From positions 124,001 to 188,000 of the forward strand of contig JASTWF010000080.1 of NCBI GenBank assembly GCA_030390025.1: a stretch of 64,000 nucleotides of DNA. The letters run 5' to 3'. The DNA comes from Squalus acanthias. Lineage: Eukaryota. Below the pieces are notes generated by a model that was given only the letters and a program-made list of their open reading frames with translations, was not told where the DNA came from and did no database searches. Within the stretch, counting starts at the first letter, position 1, and each line of letters begins with the position of its first letter. Positions 34,956-48,028 of this stretch are shown one piece after another. The position numbers and the translations under genes were made by a program.

Positions 34956-37336
34956 ATACAAAAAGAAAATACTGCAGATGCTGGAAATCTGAAATAAAAA
35001 CAGAAAATGCTGGAGAAACTCAGCAGGTCAGGTAGCATCTGTGAAGAGAGAAACAGAGTTAACGTTTCAGGTTGATGACCTTTCATCAGAACTGGAAAAA
35101 AGCAGGAAATGGAACAGATTTTTAAGCAAGTGTAGAGGCTGGGAAAGGGGGGAGGGGATGAAAGAACAAAAGGGAAGGTCTGTGATAGGATAGAAGGCGG
35201 AAGAGGTTAAGAGACATTAAGAGATATTCAAGGCAAAAGGAGATGGTAATGGGACAGGTTAAGAAACAAAGGATGGCTCTAGATAAAGTGTAAATTGCGC
35301 TGGCAGAATGAAAGACAGCTGCCATGTGGGGGAGAAGAACAGAAGGCCAAACAATAAAAGTGTGGATAAAAAATATATATATATGATAGGGGCCGAGGTT
35401 ATGATCTGAAATTGTTGAACTCTATGTTGAGTCCAGAAGGCAGTAAAGTGCCTAATCGAAAGATGAGGTGCTGTTCCTCGAGCTTACGCTGAACTTCCGT
35501 GGAACAATGCAAGAGGCCGAGGACGGTGAGGTCTGAGTGGGAATGGAGCGGAGAATTAAAGTGACAGGCCACCGGGAGCTCGGGGTCCCCCTTACGGACT
35601 GAACGGAGGAGTTCCGCAAAGTGGTCACTCAATCTGCGTTTGGTCTCCCCAATGTAGAGGAGACCACATCGTGAGCAGCGAATACAGTATACTAAATTGC
35701 AAGAAGTACAAGTAAATCGCTGTTTCACCTGGAAGGGGTGTTTGGGGACCTGGACAGTGGGAAGGTATAAGGGCATGTGTTGCATCTCCTGCGCTTGCAC
35801 GGGAAGGTGCCGGGTGAAGGGGAAGGGGTGTTGGGGGTGATAGAGGAGTGGACTAGGGTGTCGCGGAGGGAGCGGTCCCTACGGAATGCTGAAAGGGGAG
35901 GTGAGGGGAAGATGCGTTTGGTGGTGGGATCATGCTGGAGGTGGCAGAAATGGCGGAGGATGGTCCGTTGAATGTGGAGGCTGGTGGGGTGAAAGGTGAG
36001 GACAAGGGGAACTCTGTCGTGGTTCCGGGAGGGAGGGGCAGGGGTGAGGGCAGAAGTGCGGGAGATAGAACGGACACGGTCAAGGGCTGTGTCAACCACT
36101 GTAGAGGGGAATCCTCGGTTGAGGAAAAAGGAAGACATATCGGAAGCACTGGTATGGAAGGTGGCATCATCAGAGCAGATGCGGCGGAGACGGAGAAACT
36201 GGGAGAATGGAATAGAGTCCTTACAGGAGGCGGGGTGGGAGGAAGTGTAGTCCAGGTAGCTGTGAGAGTCAGTGGGCTTGTAGTGAATGTTTGTCAATAA
36301 CCTATCCCCAGAGATGGAGACAGAGATGTCAAGGAAGTGAAGGGAAGAGTCGGAGATGGACCATGAGAAGGTGAGGGTGGGGTGGAAATTGTAAGCAAAG
36401 TGAATGAAATTATCTAGTTCAGGGCGAGAGCAGGAAACGGCACCGATACAGTCATCAATGTACCGGAAAAAGAGGTGAGGGAGGGGACCTGAGTAGGACT
36501 GGAACAAAGAATGTTCCACATATCCCACGAAAAGGCAGGCATAGCTAGGACCCATGCGGGTACCCATAGCAACACCTTTAATTTGGAGGAAATGAGTGGA
36601 GTCAAAGGAGAAGTTGTTCAATGTGAGAACAAGTTCAGCTAGGCGGAGGAGGGTGGTGGTGGATGGGGACTGGTTGGGCCTCTGTTCAAGGAAGAAGCGG
36701 AGCGCCCTCAGACCGTCCTGGTGGAGGACGGAGGTGTAGAGGGATTGGACAATCATAGTGAAAAGGAGGCGGTTGGGGCCAGGAAACTGGAAACTCTTAA
36801 AGTGGCGGAGGGTGTCGGAAGAGTCGTGTATGTAGGTGGGAAGAGACTGGACAAGGGGAGAAAAAATAGAGTCGAGATAGGAAGAGACAAGTTCCGTGGG
36901 GCAAGAACAGGCTGAAACGATGGGTCTACCAGGGCAGTCCTGTTTGTGGATCTTGGGAAGAAGGTAGAAGCGGGCTGTGCGGGGTTGGGGAACTATGAGG
37001 TTGGCGGTCGTGGGGGGAAGATCTCCAGAGGAGATGAGGTCAGTCACAGTCTTGGAAACGGTGGCTTGATGTTCGGTAGTGGGATCATGGTCCAGGCAGA
37101 GGTAGGAGGAGGTGTCGGAGAGTTGGCGTTCAGCTTCCGCTAGGTAGAGGTCGGTTCGCCAGACAACAACAGTACCACCCTTGTCAGCAGGTTTAATGAC
37201 AATGTCGGGGTTGGATCTGAGAGAATGGAGTGCTGCAAGTTCAGAGGGAGGTAGGTTGGAGTGAGTGAGGGGAGCAGAGAAATGGAGACGGCCAATGTCA
37301 CGCCGGCAGTTTGCAATGAGGAGGAGGAGGAGGAGG
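34956..37336 (-). mobile_element. Penelope-like element (RT plus GIY-YIG), 5'-truncated
   Basis: FYLLPKIHK..PGRPIVS, GVAMGT, RYIDD, NLVYCIRC..LYIGET; 11-bp TSD atggatatcta at 34945-55 and 37337-47. Confidence 0.93.
35057..35093 (-). ncRNA. Minimal type I hammerhead ribozyme in the Penelope 3' region
   Basis: agtt CTGATGA a aggt-catca-acct GAAA cgtt aact: core boxes, stem II, palindromic stem III, stem I. Confidence 0.82.
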
Positions 37337-38703
37337 ATGGATATCTAGCTGGCTTCAAGACAGAAAGCAAAGAGTAGGGGTAAAAGGTAGCTATTCACAG
37401 TGGCAGAAGGTGGGTAGTGGTGTTCCACAAGGATCAGTGCTGGGACCACTGCTGTCCACAATGTATATTAACGATTTAGACTTTGGAATCAAAAACACAA
37501 TTTCTAAATTTGCAAATTACACCAAATTGGCGGGGGTGGGGTTGGGGGGGGGGTGGTGGTAATAGTCAATACCGAAGAGGACTGCAACATTAATAAACTT
37601 GAAGAATGGGCATACAATTGGCAAATTAAATTCAACACAGATAAATGTGAGGTATTACATTTTGGTAAGATAAATAGGGAGGTTATATATTACTTGGAAA
37701 ATACGAATCTAAATGGGGTAGAGGTGCAAAGGGATCTTGGAATACAAATCAGTGAAAGTCGCGAGACAGGTTAACAAAGCACTAGGGTTTATTCCTAGAG
37801 GGATTGAATTGAAAAGTAGAGAAGTTATGCTGAACTTGTATCGAACCTTGGTTAGACCACAATTGGAGTGCTGCGTACAATTCTGGTCGCCATATTCTAA
37901 AAAGGAGAAAGAGGAACTAGAGAGGGTGCATAAAAGATTTACAAGGATGATACCAGGAAGGCGAGCGTATACATATCAGGAAAGGATGAACAGGCTGGGT
38001 CTCTTTTCTCTTGAAAAAAGAAAACTGAGGGGTGACGCAATTGAGGTCTTTAAAATCATGAAAGGTTTAGTTAGAGTGGATACAGAGAGAATGTTTCCAC
38101 TTGTGGGGAAGAGCATAACTAGAGGCCATCAATATAAGATAGTCACCAAGAAATGAAATAGGAAATTCAGAAAGAACTTCTTTACCCAGAGAGTGGTGAG
38201 AATGTGGAACTCACTACCACAGGGAGTGGTTGAAGCGAATAGCATAGATGCATTTAAGGGGAGGCTGGACAAACATATGAGGGAGAAGGGAATAGAGGGT
38301 TATGCTGATAGATTTAGATAAGGAAAGACGGGAGGAGGCTCAAGTGGAGCATAAACACCAGCATGGACTGGTTAGGCCGAATGGCCTGTTTCTGTGCTGT
38401 ATACCCTATGTAATTCTATGACTTCCAGAAGGCATTTGATAAAGTCCCTCATAAGAGACTGTTAGCTAAAGTTGAAGCCCATGGAATTGAAGGCAAATTA
38501 TTGGCCTGGTTAGGAAACTGGCTGAGCGACAGGAGACAGAGAGTAGGGATAATGGGCAGGTACTCTAATTGGCAGGATGTGACTAGTGGTGTCCCGCAGG
38601 GATCTGTGTTGGGGCCTCAACTATTCACCGTATTTATTAACGACTTGGATGATGGGATAAAAAGCCACATATCCAAGTTTGCCGATGACACAAAGATAGG
38701 CGG

Positions 38704-39436
38704 CATCCCTCTCCCTAACATCTGTCTGAGGCTGAACCACATTGTTAGCAACCTTGGTGTCATATTTGACCCTGAAATGAGCTTCTGACCACATATCCAC
38801 AGCATAACAAAGACCGCCTATTTCCACCTCCGTAACATCGCCCGTCTCCACCCTTTCCTCAGCTCATCTGCTGCTGAAACCCTCATCCATGCCTTTGTTA
38901 CCTCTAGACTTGACTATTCCAACGCACTCCTGGCCGGCCTCCCACATTCCACCCTACGCAAACTTGAGAACTCAGCTGCCCGTGTCCTAACTCGCACCAA
39001 GTCCCGTTCACCCGTCACCCCTGTGTTCATTGACCTACATTGGCTCCCGGTTAAGCAACGCCTCGATTTCAAAATTCTCATCCTTGTTTTTTCAGATCTC
39101 TCCATGGCCTCGCCCCTCCCTATCTCTGTAATCTCCTCCAGCCCCACAACCCCCCGAGATCTCTGCGCTCCTCTAATTCTGTCCTCTTGAGCATCGCTGG
39201 TTATAATCGCTCAACCATTGGTGGCCGTGCCTTCTGTTGACTCGGCCCTAAACGCAGGCATTCCCTGCCTAAACCTCTCCGCCTCTCTCCTCCTTTAAGA
39301 CGCTCCTTAAAACCTACCTCTTTTGGTCACCTGCCCTAATTTCTCCATATGTGGCTCGGTGTCAATTTTTTATCTTATAATACTCCTGTGCAGGGCCTTG
39401 GGACGTTTTTCTACGTTAAAGGCACTATATAAATAG
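38704..39436 (+). mobile_element. L2 LINE 3' end
   Basis: [26 protein letters not shown]; tail aaaggcactatataaat. Confidence 0.9.
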
Positions 39437-40737
39437 TAATTGGAAGCATAAAATTACAAAGAGATATCGATAGATTAAATGAAATGGCAAACTGTAGCAA
39501 ATGGATTTCAATGTAGGAAAATGTGAGGACCTAAAAAGGATAGAACAGGGTACTTTCTAAATGGTGAAAAGCTAAAAACAGTGAAGGTCCAAAGAAACTT
39601 GGGGGTTCAGGTACATAGATCATTAAAATGACATGAACAGGTACAGAAAATAATCAAAAAGGCAAATGGAATGCTGGCCTTTATATCTAGAGGACTAGAA
39701 TACAAGGGGGTAGAAGTTATGCTACAGCTATACAAAGCCCTGGTTAGACCACACCTGGAGTACTGTGAGCAGTTCTGGGCACCACACCTCAGGAAGGATA
39801 TATTGGCCTTGGAGGGAGTGCAGCGTAGATTGACCAGAATGATACCCGGACTCCAAGGGTTATGTTACAAAGAGAGATTACACAAACTAGGGTTGTATTC
39901 CCTGGAATTTAGAAGGTTAAGGGGTGATCTGATCTAAGTTTTCAAGATATTAAGGGGAACAGATAGGGTAGGTAGAGAGAAACAATTTCCACTGGTTGAG
40001 GATTCTAGGACTAGGGGGGCAGAGTCTAAAAATTAGAGCCAGACCTTTCAGGAGTGAAGTTAGGAAACACTTCTACATACAAAGGATGGTAGAAGTTTGG
40101 AACTCTCTTCCGCAAACGGCAATTGATGCTAGATCAGTTGTTAAATTTAAATCTACATTTTTGTTAACCAAAAGTAGTTAGATATATTTCTTAAGGCGAA
40201 AGGGATTTAAGGGATATGGGGAGAAAGCAGGGACAGGGTACTGAATTTGGATGATCAGCCATGATCTCATTAAATGACGGAACAGGCTCGGGGGGCCGAA
40301 TGGCCTACTCCTGCTCCTATCTTCTATGTTTCTATGTTTCTATTACTAAGGGATATGGGCCAAAGGCGGGTATATGGAGTTCGGTCGCAGATCAGCCATG
40401 ATCTCAATGAACGGCGGAACAGGCTCGAGGGGCTGCATGGCCGACTCCTGTTCCTATGTTCCTATGAGAATGATATAGAGAGTGAGGCAGAGAGAAAGAG
40501 ATACGCAGAGAGAAAAATAAAAAGAGAGACATAAAGAGCCGTTTAGAGACTGAGACACAGAGAGGGAGATCGAGCGAGTGTGAGATATCCCACTGTGAAT
40601 ACCATATCACGACATAGATCCACTGAGAGGCTCACTCCCAGTAAAATCCCAGGGCATTTCCTGCCCAGACCCTGAGCTGGAGAAGTGAAAGTGACAGAGA
40701 GTGAGAGTGAGAATGGAGGGATGAGTTCTGTACTTAC

Positions 40738-40789
40738 CGGAAGAGATCCAGGAGAAACACAAAAATATGGAGAAAAGGATCAGCAACAT
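40738..40789 (-). CDS. MHC class I-like copy B, leader exon
   Basis: MLLILFSIFLCFSWISS, phase-1 donor gtaagt. Confidence 0.92.
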
Positions 40790-40859
40790 TCTGGGAATCC
40801 ACTGCCCCTTTTCCAATCGGTGGCTGGGAATAAAATACTCCCAGTGGGACACATCTACT

Positions 40860-41064
40860 GTTTATAGACTGAAAAATACCCCAAATAAACAGCAAGTCAA
40901 TCCAGGCTCCACTTTCCTGTTTATCTCCTGCTATGTTCACTTCCCTGATCTCCAAGTGCAGAGCCAGCGGGTGACTGATTGGTTACTCTGAGAAAAATAC
41001 CCAATTAAAGGGATAAACAGTCGCCTGTCACCAGTTACTGGGAGGATCAAACTCAGGCAGATTG
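40860..41064 (-). promoter_or_regulatory. Copy B promoter: TATA-like box, CCAAT and S-X-Y module
   Basis: CAATCT 41064-41059, 16 bp, X 41042-41029, 20 bp, TTAATTGG 41008-41001. Confidence 0.75.
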
Positions 41065-41614
41065 AGAGTCAGCCTGTGAATCAGAAGCTAGAGAGAGACT
41101 GAACCACCTGGGACACCAGCTCCAGTGTAAAGGGAGGAGACACTGAGATCCCGGGCTCCCCCCTCACAGTCAACACACTGACACCGGTCCCCCTCCCCCG
41201 GAAACCTTAACACTGGCTCTACTCCAGACTGGAGTAACACCACAACATCTTACAGTTATCGACCACATTTAATAGAGTGAACATCACACGGGACATCACA
41301 GAGCAACTCACCGAGCGGGGGAGAGTGAGGGGGTCAAACTAACAGGGAGTGAGGGGAGGGGGTCAAACTAAGAGGGATTGAGTTACAGGCTGCAATCTAA
41401 TCGGGAGTTCGCGGGGTTTACACCTCGGCAATCAGTGTAAGAGTAGGGGAGAGACTCACTGATTGAGTCATTCTGCAACAGGAGTCAGGAATCTTCTCCA
41501 CCTTCACCCCAATCTCACCAGCAAGGTGATGGTGGCTGTATCATCAGGTGCGACCGGGAGTTGTACTCTTACACTGCTGTCCCTGGTGTGAGGAGGGTGC
41601 GGTGCACAGACTGA

Positions 41615-42570
41615 AACCCTCTCACTGGGCACTCTGCACTGTGCCCACTGCATGAACACACTCACTGGACACTCTGTACTGTGCCCACTTCATGAACCCC
41701 TCACTGGACACTTTGTACTGTGCCCACTACATGAACCCCTCACTGGACACTCTGTACTGTGCCCACTACATGAACCCCTCACTGGACACTCAATACTGTG
41801 CCCACTCCATGAACCCCCTCACTGGACACTCTGTACTGTGCCCACTCCATGAACCCCCCTCACTGGACACTCTGTACTGGGCCCACTCCATGAACCCCTC
41901 ACTGGACACTCTGTACTGTGCCCACTCCATGAACCCCTCTCTGGACTCTCTGTACTGTGCCCACTCCATGAACCGCTCACTGGACACTCTGTACTGTGCC
42001 CACTCCATGAACCCCCCTCACTGGACACTCTGTACTGGGCCCACACCATGAACCCCTCTCTGGACACTCTGTACTGTGCCCACTCCATGAACCCCTCACT
42101 GGGCACTCTGTACTGTGCCCACTCCATGAACCCCCTCACTGGACACTCTGTATTGTGCTCATTCCATGAACCCCTCACTGGACACTCTGTACTGTGCTCA
42201 CTCCATGAACCCCTCACTGGACACTCTGTATTGTGCTCATTCCATGAACCCCTCACTGGACACTCTGCACTGTGCCCACTCCATGAACCCCTCACTGGAC
42301 ACTCTGTACAGTGCCCACTCCATGAACACCTCACTGGGCACTCTGCACTGTGCCCACTCCATGAACACCCTCACTGGACACTCTGTACTGTGCCCACTCC
42401 ATGAACCCTCACTGGACACTCTGTACTGTGCCCACTCCATGAACCTCCTCACTGGGCACTCTGTACAGTGCCCACTCCATGAACACCCTCACTGGACACT
42501 CTGTACTGTGCCCACTCCATGAACACCCTCACTGGACACTCTGTACTGGGCCCACTCCATGAACCCCTCA
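41615..42570. repeat. 39-41-bp minisatellite
   Basis: About 24 units of gaacccctcactggacactctgtactgtgcccactccat. Confidence 0.95.
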
Positions 42571-42713
42571 GTTGTCACTCTTGGGCACATACATTGCAAC
42601 ACGGTTAAAGTTCCTCCGTGTGAATCACAGCGAGGACCTCACCAGCCTCGCGTCTGGTCCTCACTGACTGGCCAGCACCTGGTGTGAGGTCAGACGGACC
42701 CCGTGAGTTGCAC

Positions 42714-45050
42714 AATAGCAAAATACTGCGGATGCTGAAAATCTGAAATAACAACAGAAAATGCTGGAAATACTCAGCAGGCCCGGCAGCATCCGTGGAG
42801 AGAGAAACAGAGTTAACGGTTCAGCTCGATGACCCTTCGTCAGAACTGGAAAAAGCTGGAGATATAACAGATATTAAGCAGGTGCAGAGACAGGGCGGGG
42901 GGGTGGGGGGGTGGGGGAGGAATTGAAGGAACATACTATGCTAAGATAAGAGGCAGGAAAGATAAAATGTTGCAAATCGGGCAAAATCATACAGCATGAT
43001 AAATGGGGGCAGGGGTTATAGTTTGAAATTGTTGAACTCAATGTTGAGTCCAGAAGGCTGTAATGTGTCTAATTGAAAGATGAGGTGCTGTTCCTCGAGC
43101 TTACGTTGAGCTTCATTGGAACAGTGTAAGAGGCCGAGGACGGAGAGGTCAGAGTGGGAGTGGAGCGGAGAATTAAAGTGACAGGCGACCGGAAGATCAG
43201 GGTCATGCTTACAGACTGAACGGAGGTGTTCCGCAAAGCGATCACCCAATCTGCGTTTGGTCTCCCCAATGTAGAGGAGACCACATCATGAGCAGCGAAT
43301 ACAGTATACTAAATTGAAAGAAGTACAAGTAAATTGCTGTTTCACCTGGAAGGAGTGTTTGGGGCCCTGGGCTGTGGGAAGGGAGGAGGTAAAAGGGCAG
43401 GTGTTGCATCTCCTGCGCTTGCACGGGAAGGTGCCAGGCGAAGGGGAAGGGGTGTTGGGGGTGATTGAGGAGTGGACCAGGGTGTCGCGGAGGGAGCGGT
43501 CCCTTCGGAATGCTGAAAGGGGAGGTGAGGGGAAGATGCGTTTGGTGGTGGGATCACGTTGGAGGTGGCGGAAATGGCGGAGGATGATCTGTTGAATGTG
43601 GAGGCTGGTGGGGTGAAAGGTGAGGACAAGGGGAACCCTATCGTGGTTCTGGGAGGGAGAGGAAGGGGTGAGAGCAGAAGTGCAGGAAATGGAACAGACA
43701 CGGTCGAGGGCCGTGTCAACCAAGGTAGAGGGAATCCTCGGTTGAGGAAAAAGGAAGACATGTCGGAAGCACTAGTATGGAAGGTGGCATCGTCAGAACA
43801 GACATGGCGGAGACGGAGAAACTGGGAGAATGGAATAGAGTCTTTACAGGAAGCGGGGTGGGAGGAAGTGTAGTCCAGGTAGCTGTGGGAGTCAGTGGGC
43901 TTGTAGTGGATGTTTGTCGAAAGCCGATCGCCAGAAATGGAGATGGAGAAGTCAAGGAAGGGAAGAGAAGAGTCGGAGATGGACCATGTGAAGGTGAGGG
44001 AAGGGTGGAAATTGGAAGTAAAGTGAATGAACTTATCTAGTTCAGGGCGAGAGCAGGAAACGGCACTGATACAGTCATCAATGTACCGGAAAAAGAGGTG
44101 AGGGAGGGGACCTGAATAGGACTGGAACAAAGAGTGTTCCACATATCCCATGAAAAGGCAGGCATAGCTAGGGCCCATGTGGGTTCCCATAGCAACACCT
44201 TTAATTTGGAGGAAGTGAGTGGAGTCAGAGGAGAAGTTGTTCAATGTGAGAACAAGTTCAGCCAGGCGGAGGAGGTTGGTGGTGGATGGGGACTGGTTGG
44301 GCCTCTGTTCAAGGAAGAAGCGGAGCGCCCTCAGGCCATCCTGGTGGAGGATGGAGGTGTAGAGGGATTGTACGTCCATAGTGAAAAGGAGACGGTTGGG
44401 GCCAGGAAACTGTTAAAGTGGCGGAGGGCATCGGAAGAGTCGCGAATGTAGGTGGGAAGAGACTGGACAAGGGGAGAAAAAATAGAGTCGAGATAGGAAG
44501 AGATAAGTTCCGTGGGGCAAGAACAGGCTGAAATGATGGGTCTACCGGGGCAGTCCTGTTTGTGGATCTTGGGAAGGAGGTAGAAGTGGGCTGTGTGGGG
44601 TTGGGGGACGATGAGGTTGGCAGCCATGGAGGGAAGAATTCCAGAGATGAGGTCAGTGACAGTCTTGGAAACAATGGTTTGATGTTCGGGAGTGGGGTCA
44701 TGGTCCAGGGGGAGGTAGGAGGAGGTGTCAGAGAGTTGGCGTTCAGCTTCTGCACGGTAGAGGTCAGTTCGCCAAACAACAACAGCACCACCCTTGTCAG
44801 CAGGTTTAATGATAATGTTAGGGTTGGATCGGAAAGAACGGAGTGCTGCAAGTTCAGAGGGAGGTAGGTTGGAGTGAGGGAGGGGAGCAGAGAACTGGAG
44901 ACGGCCGATGTCACGCCGGCAGTTTGCAATGAAAAGATCTAGAGAGGGTAAGAGGCCAGAGGGAGGTGTCCAGGTAGAACGAGAATTTTGAAAGCGGGAG
45001 AAAGGGTCAGCTGTGCGGGGGGGAAGACTCCTGGCCAAAGAAGTGGGCAT
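42714..45050 (-). mobile_element. Second Penelope-like element, frameshifted, with degenerate hammerhead at 42811-42847
   Basis: Same family as 34956-37336; RT and GIY-YIG in broken frames. Confidence 0.93.
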
Positions 45051-46538
45051 CAGTGGGCTATTCCACTGTGGGGGCAGCACACCAAAGCTCCTTGATCTCC
45101 TCCTCCAGAGAACGACACTTTACAGCGACCAGGAACCAACAGGTTGATTTTACTATCGACCCTTGCCCAGAGACTCCCAGACCAGTTTCCCCCCACCGAC
45201 CCCAGTCACTCATTTTCAAGCCTTGTTCTTCGATCCTGTGCTCCCTACACAGAGCCTCCCCAGACTGGAGCACAGGTCAGAGAATCGGCCTTTGTGTTCC
45301 AGCCCTGGCCGTGAGTTGCACGCTGCTCTAATCTTGACCCTCACATTCCCCCTCCTCCTCGGGAGTGGGTGTTAACATTGGGTCACATGCCTCTATCTGG
45401 GAGCCCATTGATCACTGTCCGTGTGAATACCGGCCCTAATTGAAACTGTGTCCTCCTGGTCCTACTCTCACAGTTTCGTTTAAGGTTATTCTCAGATCTC
45501 CTTTTTTGCAGGCTCTTTAATGTTTTATAAACCACTCAGACACCTCCTTTCAAAGTTGCCCAAGTCTCTCCCGCCTTATAACTCGGAGCCCTGACCTGGG
45601 GGTCAGTCTGGAGGCTCCTCTCCGCACAGCCCCCAGGGTCTGAGTGTCTCCCCTGTGCCTCGGTGACCTGAACTGGACTCAGTACCAGTGACACTGCGGT
45701 TCATGGTTTACCGGCCATTCGTGGTCGAGCAGTGAATGATGCCGACGTGTGGTCCATGAACGGCCTTAACCCGCCCAGTTCACATTGAATTTGACCTCAA
45801 CAGCTGCCGATTGCAAGACCCACAAGCTGTTGAGTGAATGAATCGAACCTTTCTTGTCAAATCAGCAAAGAGTTCAGACAAGTCAACGACTACCAATTAT
45901 TTATTGAATACAAGGCACAATTATCACCACTTGGAGTGAAACATTGAGTCTAGAAATAATAACAGATCGGAATAGTTATTGACAGCGTCACCTAGCAACT
46001 TGAATAATAATGATTAGACGGAGTTACTTAAGGAAATGAATGAGAGAGGTTGTGAAGGCTGCTCAGTGTATCACTGGAATTCAGCATTAACTGGGTAGCT
46101 CACTGTCAAATTACAGCTGAGATCAGTGTGTGAGAGGGATATCAATTGGTGAGATTCAATTAGGAGCAATTCCTTCATAGCTGACCAGTTAACAGCATGA
46201 GCTAGCCAGTTTATTGAGTAGGTTAGGGTCTATGTGCTGGTGGCTAGCAATGTTTCCAGATCTTACACGACCGTGTCCTTATGAGCGATGTGGTTGAGTT
46301 GATTATCCTCCCCTAAGACGGGGAACGATGAATTGGTGACAGGTTTTTCTGTTCCACTCGAATCCTCTGCTCCGCCTGAACCCACCTTACACACGAGTGA
46401 CTGTGTGGGAGTTCGCTGCTGAACTCTCAGCTTCCTTGATCTCACACAACTTGGACAGTTAAATGACACTCTTATTCCTCCCTGTAACTGGATAGTCTAG
46501 CCATACAATCTGACTTCTGCAACATTTTACCCTCTGGC

Positions 46539-47165
46539 CTGAATTTTTTGATGAAGTAACAGGGAGGATTGATGAAGGGAATGCAATGGATGTTGTCTAC
46601 ATGGATTTTCAGAAGGCGTTTGACAAAGTACCACGTGGAAGGCTACTTAACAAAATTGAGGCTCATGGAATAGGTGGGTCAGTGGCAGCTTAGATAAGGA
46701 ATTGGCTTAAGGACAGAAAAAAGCGAGTTGTGGTAAATATGGCTGTTTTTCAGACTGGTGGATGGTAGACAGTGGTGTTCCCCAGGGGTCAGTGCTGGGG
46801 CCACTGCTTTTTGTGATATGTATAAATGACCTGGATATTGGAATACAGAGTAGAATTTCTAAATTTGCTGATGACACCAAACTTGGGGGTGTGGTAAACA
46901 GTGAGGATGATACCAATCGACTGCAACAGGACATAGAAAGGCTAGCAGAATGGGCAGACAAGTGGCAGATGGAATTTAATACAGAGAAGTGTGAGGTGTT
47001 GCATTTTGGCAGCAACAGAGAGAGGCAATATACACTTAATTGCACAGTTTTAATGAGTCCCGCCACCTTCAGGGACCTATGCACATTAACTCCCAGGTCC
47101 CTCTGTAAAATTCTGATATTAAGTGTATATTGCCTCTCCCTGTTCCTTCTGCCAAAATGCATCAG
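46539..47165 (+). mobile_element. CR1 RT fragment with a short inverted piece
   Basis: YMDFQKAFDKVPR, SGVPQGSVLGPLL, KFADDTKLG. Confidence 0.85.
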
Positions 47166-48028
47166 CGATTGATGTGTGATCTTCTGCGGCAAGGCATTGT
47201 CGTGTGTGTTCCTGTAACCCTTAATAAACTTGCAAGTGTTTGTCTCTTGGGTCCAGAACCCTCATTTTTGGTACATGGACAAGGACTGCAGCCCCGATCT
47301 ACCTTTAAAAAGGGCACTCCACCCACTTTTCCCAAGTCTTTGTTGATGGTGCGAGACCTTCCCTTAATGATAGGAATAATCAGCTGATTGGCTGCTCTGG
47401 CAAGTCCTACTGTTTAGAAGCTGAGGTAACGTGGAAAAGTAAACACTCTGGAAATGTTTAAGAGCTATCCCAAAGAACATCAATCACCCAGTCTTCCGTC
47501 CATTGTAAAGTGACTACCGCCTTCTTAATGCAAAGTCAAGAAAATGTACCTGCGGGAGTTAATCCTTTGTATACTGACCCTAACCTGATATTAATAACAT
47601 AAATTAAAACAAAATCCCTCCCAGGCCATAACAGGTCCCTTCCAGTAACAGAACCAAGATACTAAAGTCTGCAACAGGCGAACAGTATTAAGAAAAAAAG
47701 GTGCAGGTGCTTCAGGAGCTGCGACAATTCAATGAAACCCTTGTCACACTCCTAGAAGGCTCATCGACTGTGTGAATGGGCCTGTGGTCCAGGAGGGTTG
47801 ATGACAGCCTAAAGGTTTTTATCGCACAGCTAGTCACCCATATGGCTGTGATGATGTCACAGGAGGTACGTGTGATGCCCTTCTTACACACCTCACACCT
47901 GAACGTTTTCTCATCCGTGTAGACAACCCCGGTGCCTCACGAAAAACAATTGGTGCGCATGGTATACATCACATGCGATCGGCCTCCCACCAGTGTAAAC
48001 GCGTTGACGCAGCGTGACTGAAGATGAT

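Larger units (their letters stand above)
31672..38420 (+). mobile_element. Near full-length decayed CR1 LINE (ORF1 zinc finger plus SGNH esterase; ORF2 APE plus RT)
   Basis: ORF1 CQDCSMWE..CMNC, DSIIRG, HVRTNDI, DGLHLN; ORF2 GITETW, VYRPP, GNSDHN, YLDFQK; several stops and frameshifts; CR1 tail at 38420. Confidence 0.92.
31366..40466 (+). mobile_element. Host CR1 (pieces 31366-31671, 38421-38704, 39437-40466) split by nested insertions
   Basis: RT motif DVTYMD|FQKAFDKVPH is split across 31671/38421; DDTKIGG|..SIKLQRDIDRL is split across 38704/39437. Confidence 0.85.

Noticed and set aside
45987-45999. RFX-like palindrome gtcacctagcaac
   Set aside because: No properly spaced Y box and no nearby gene start
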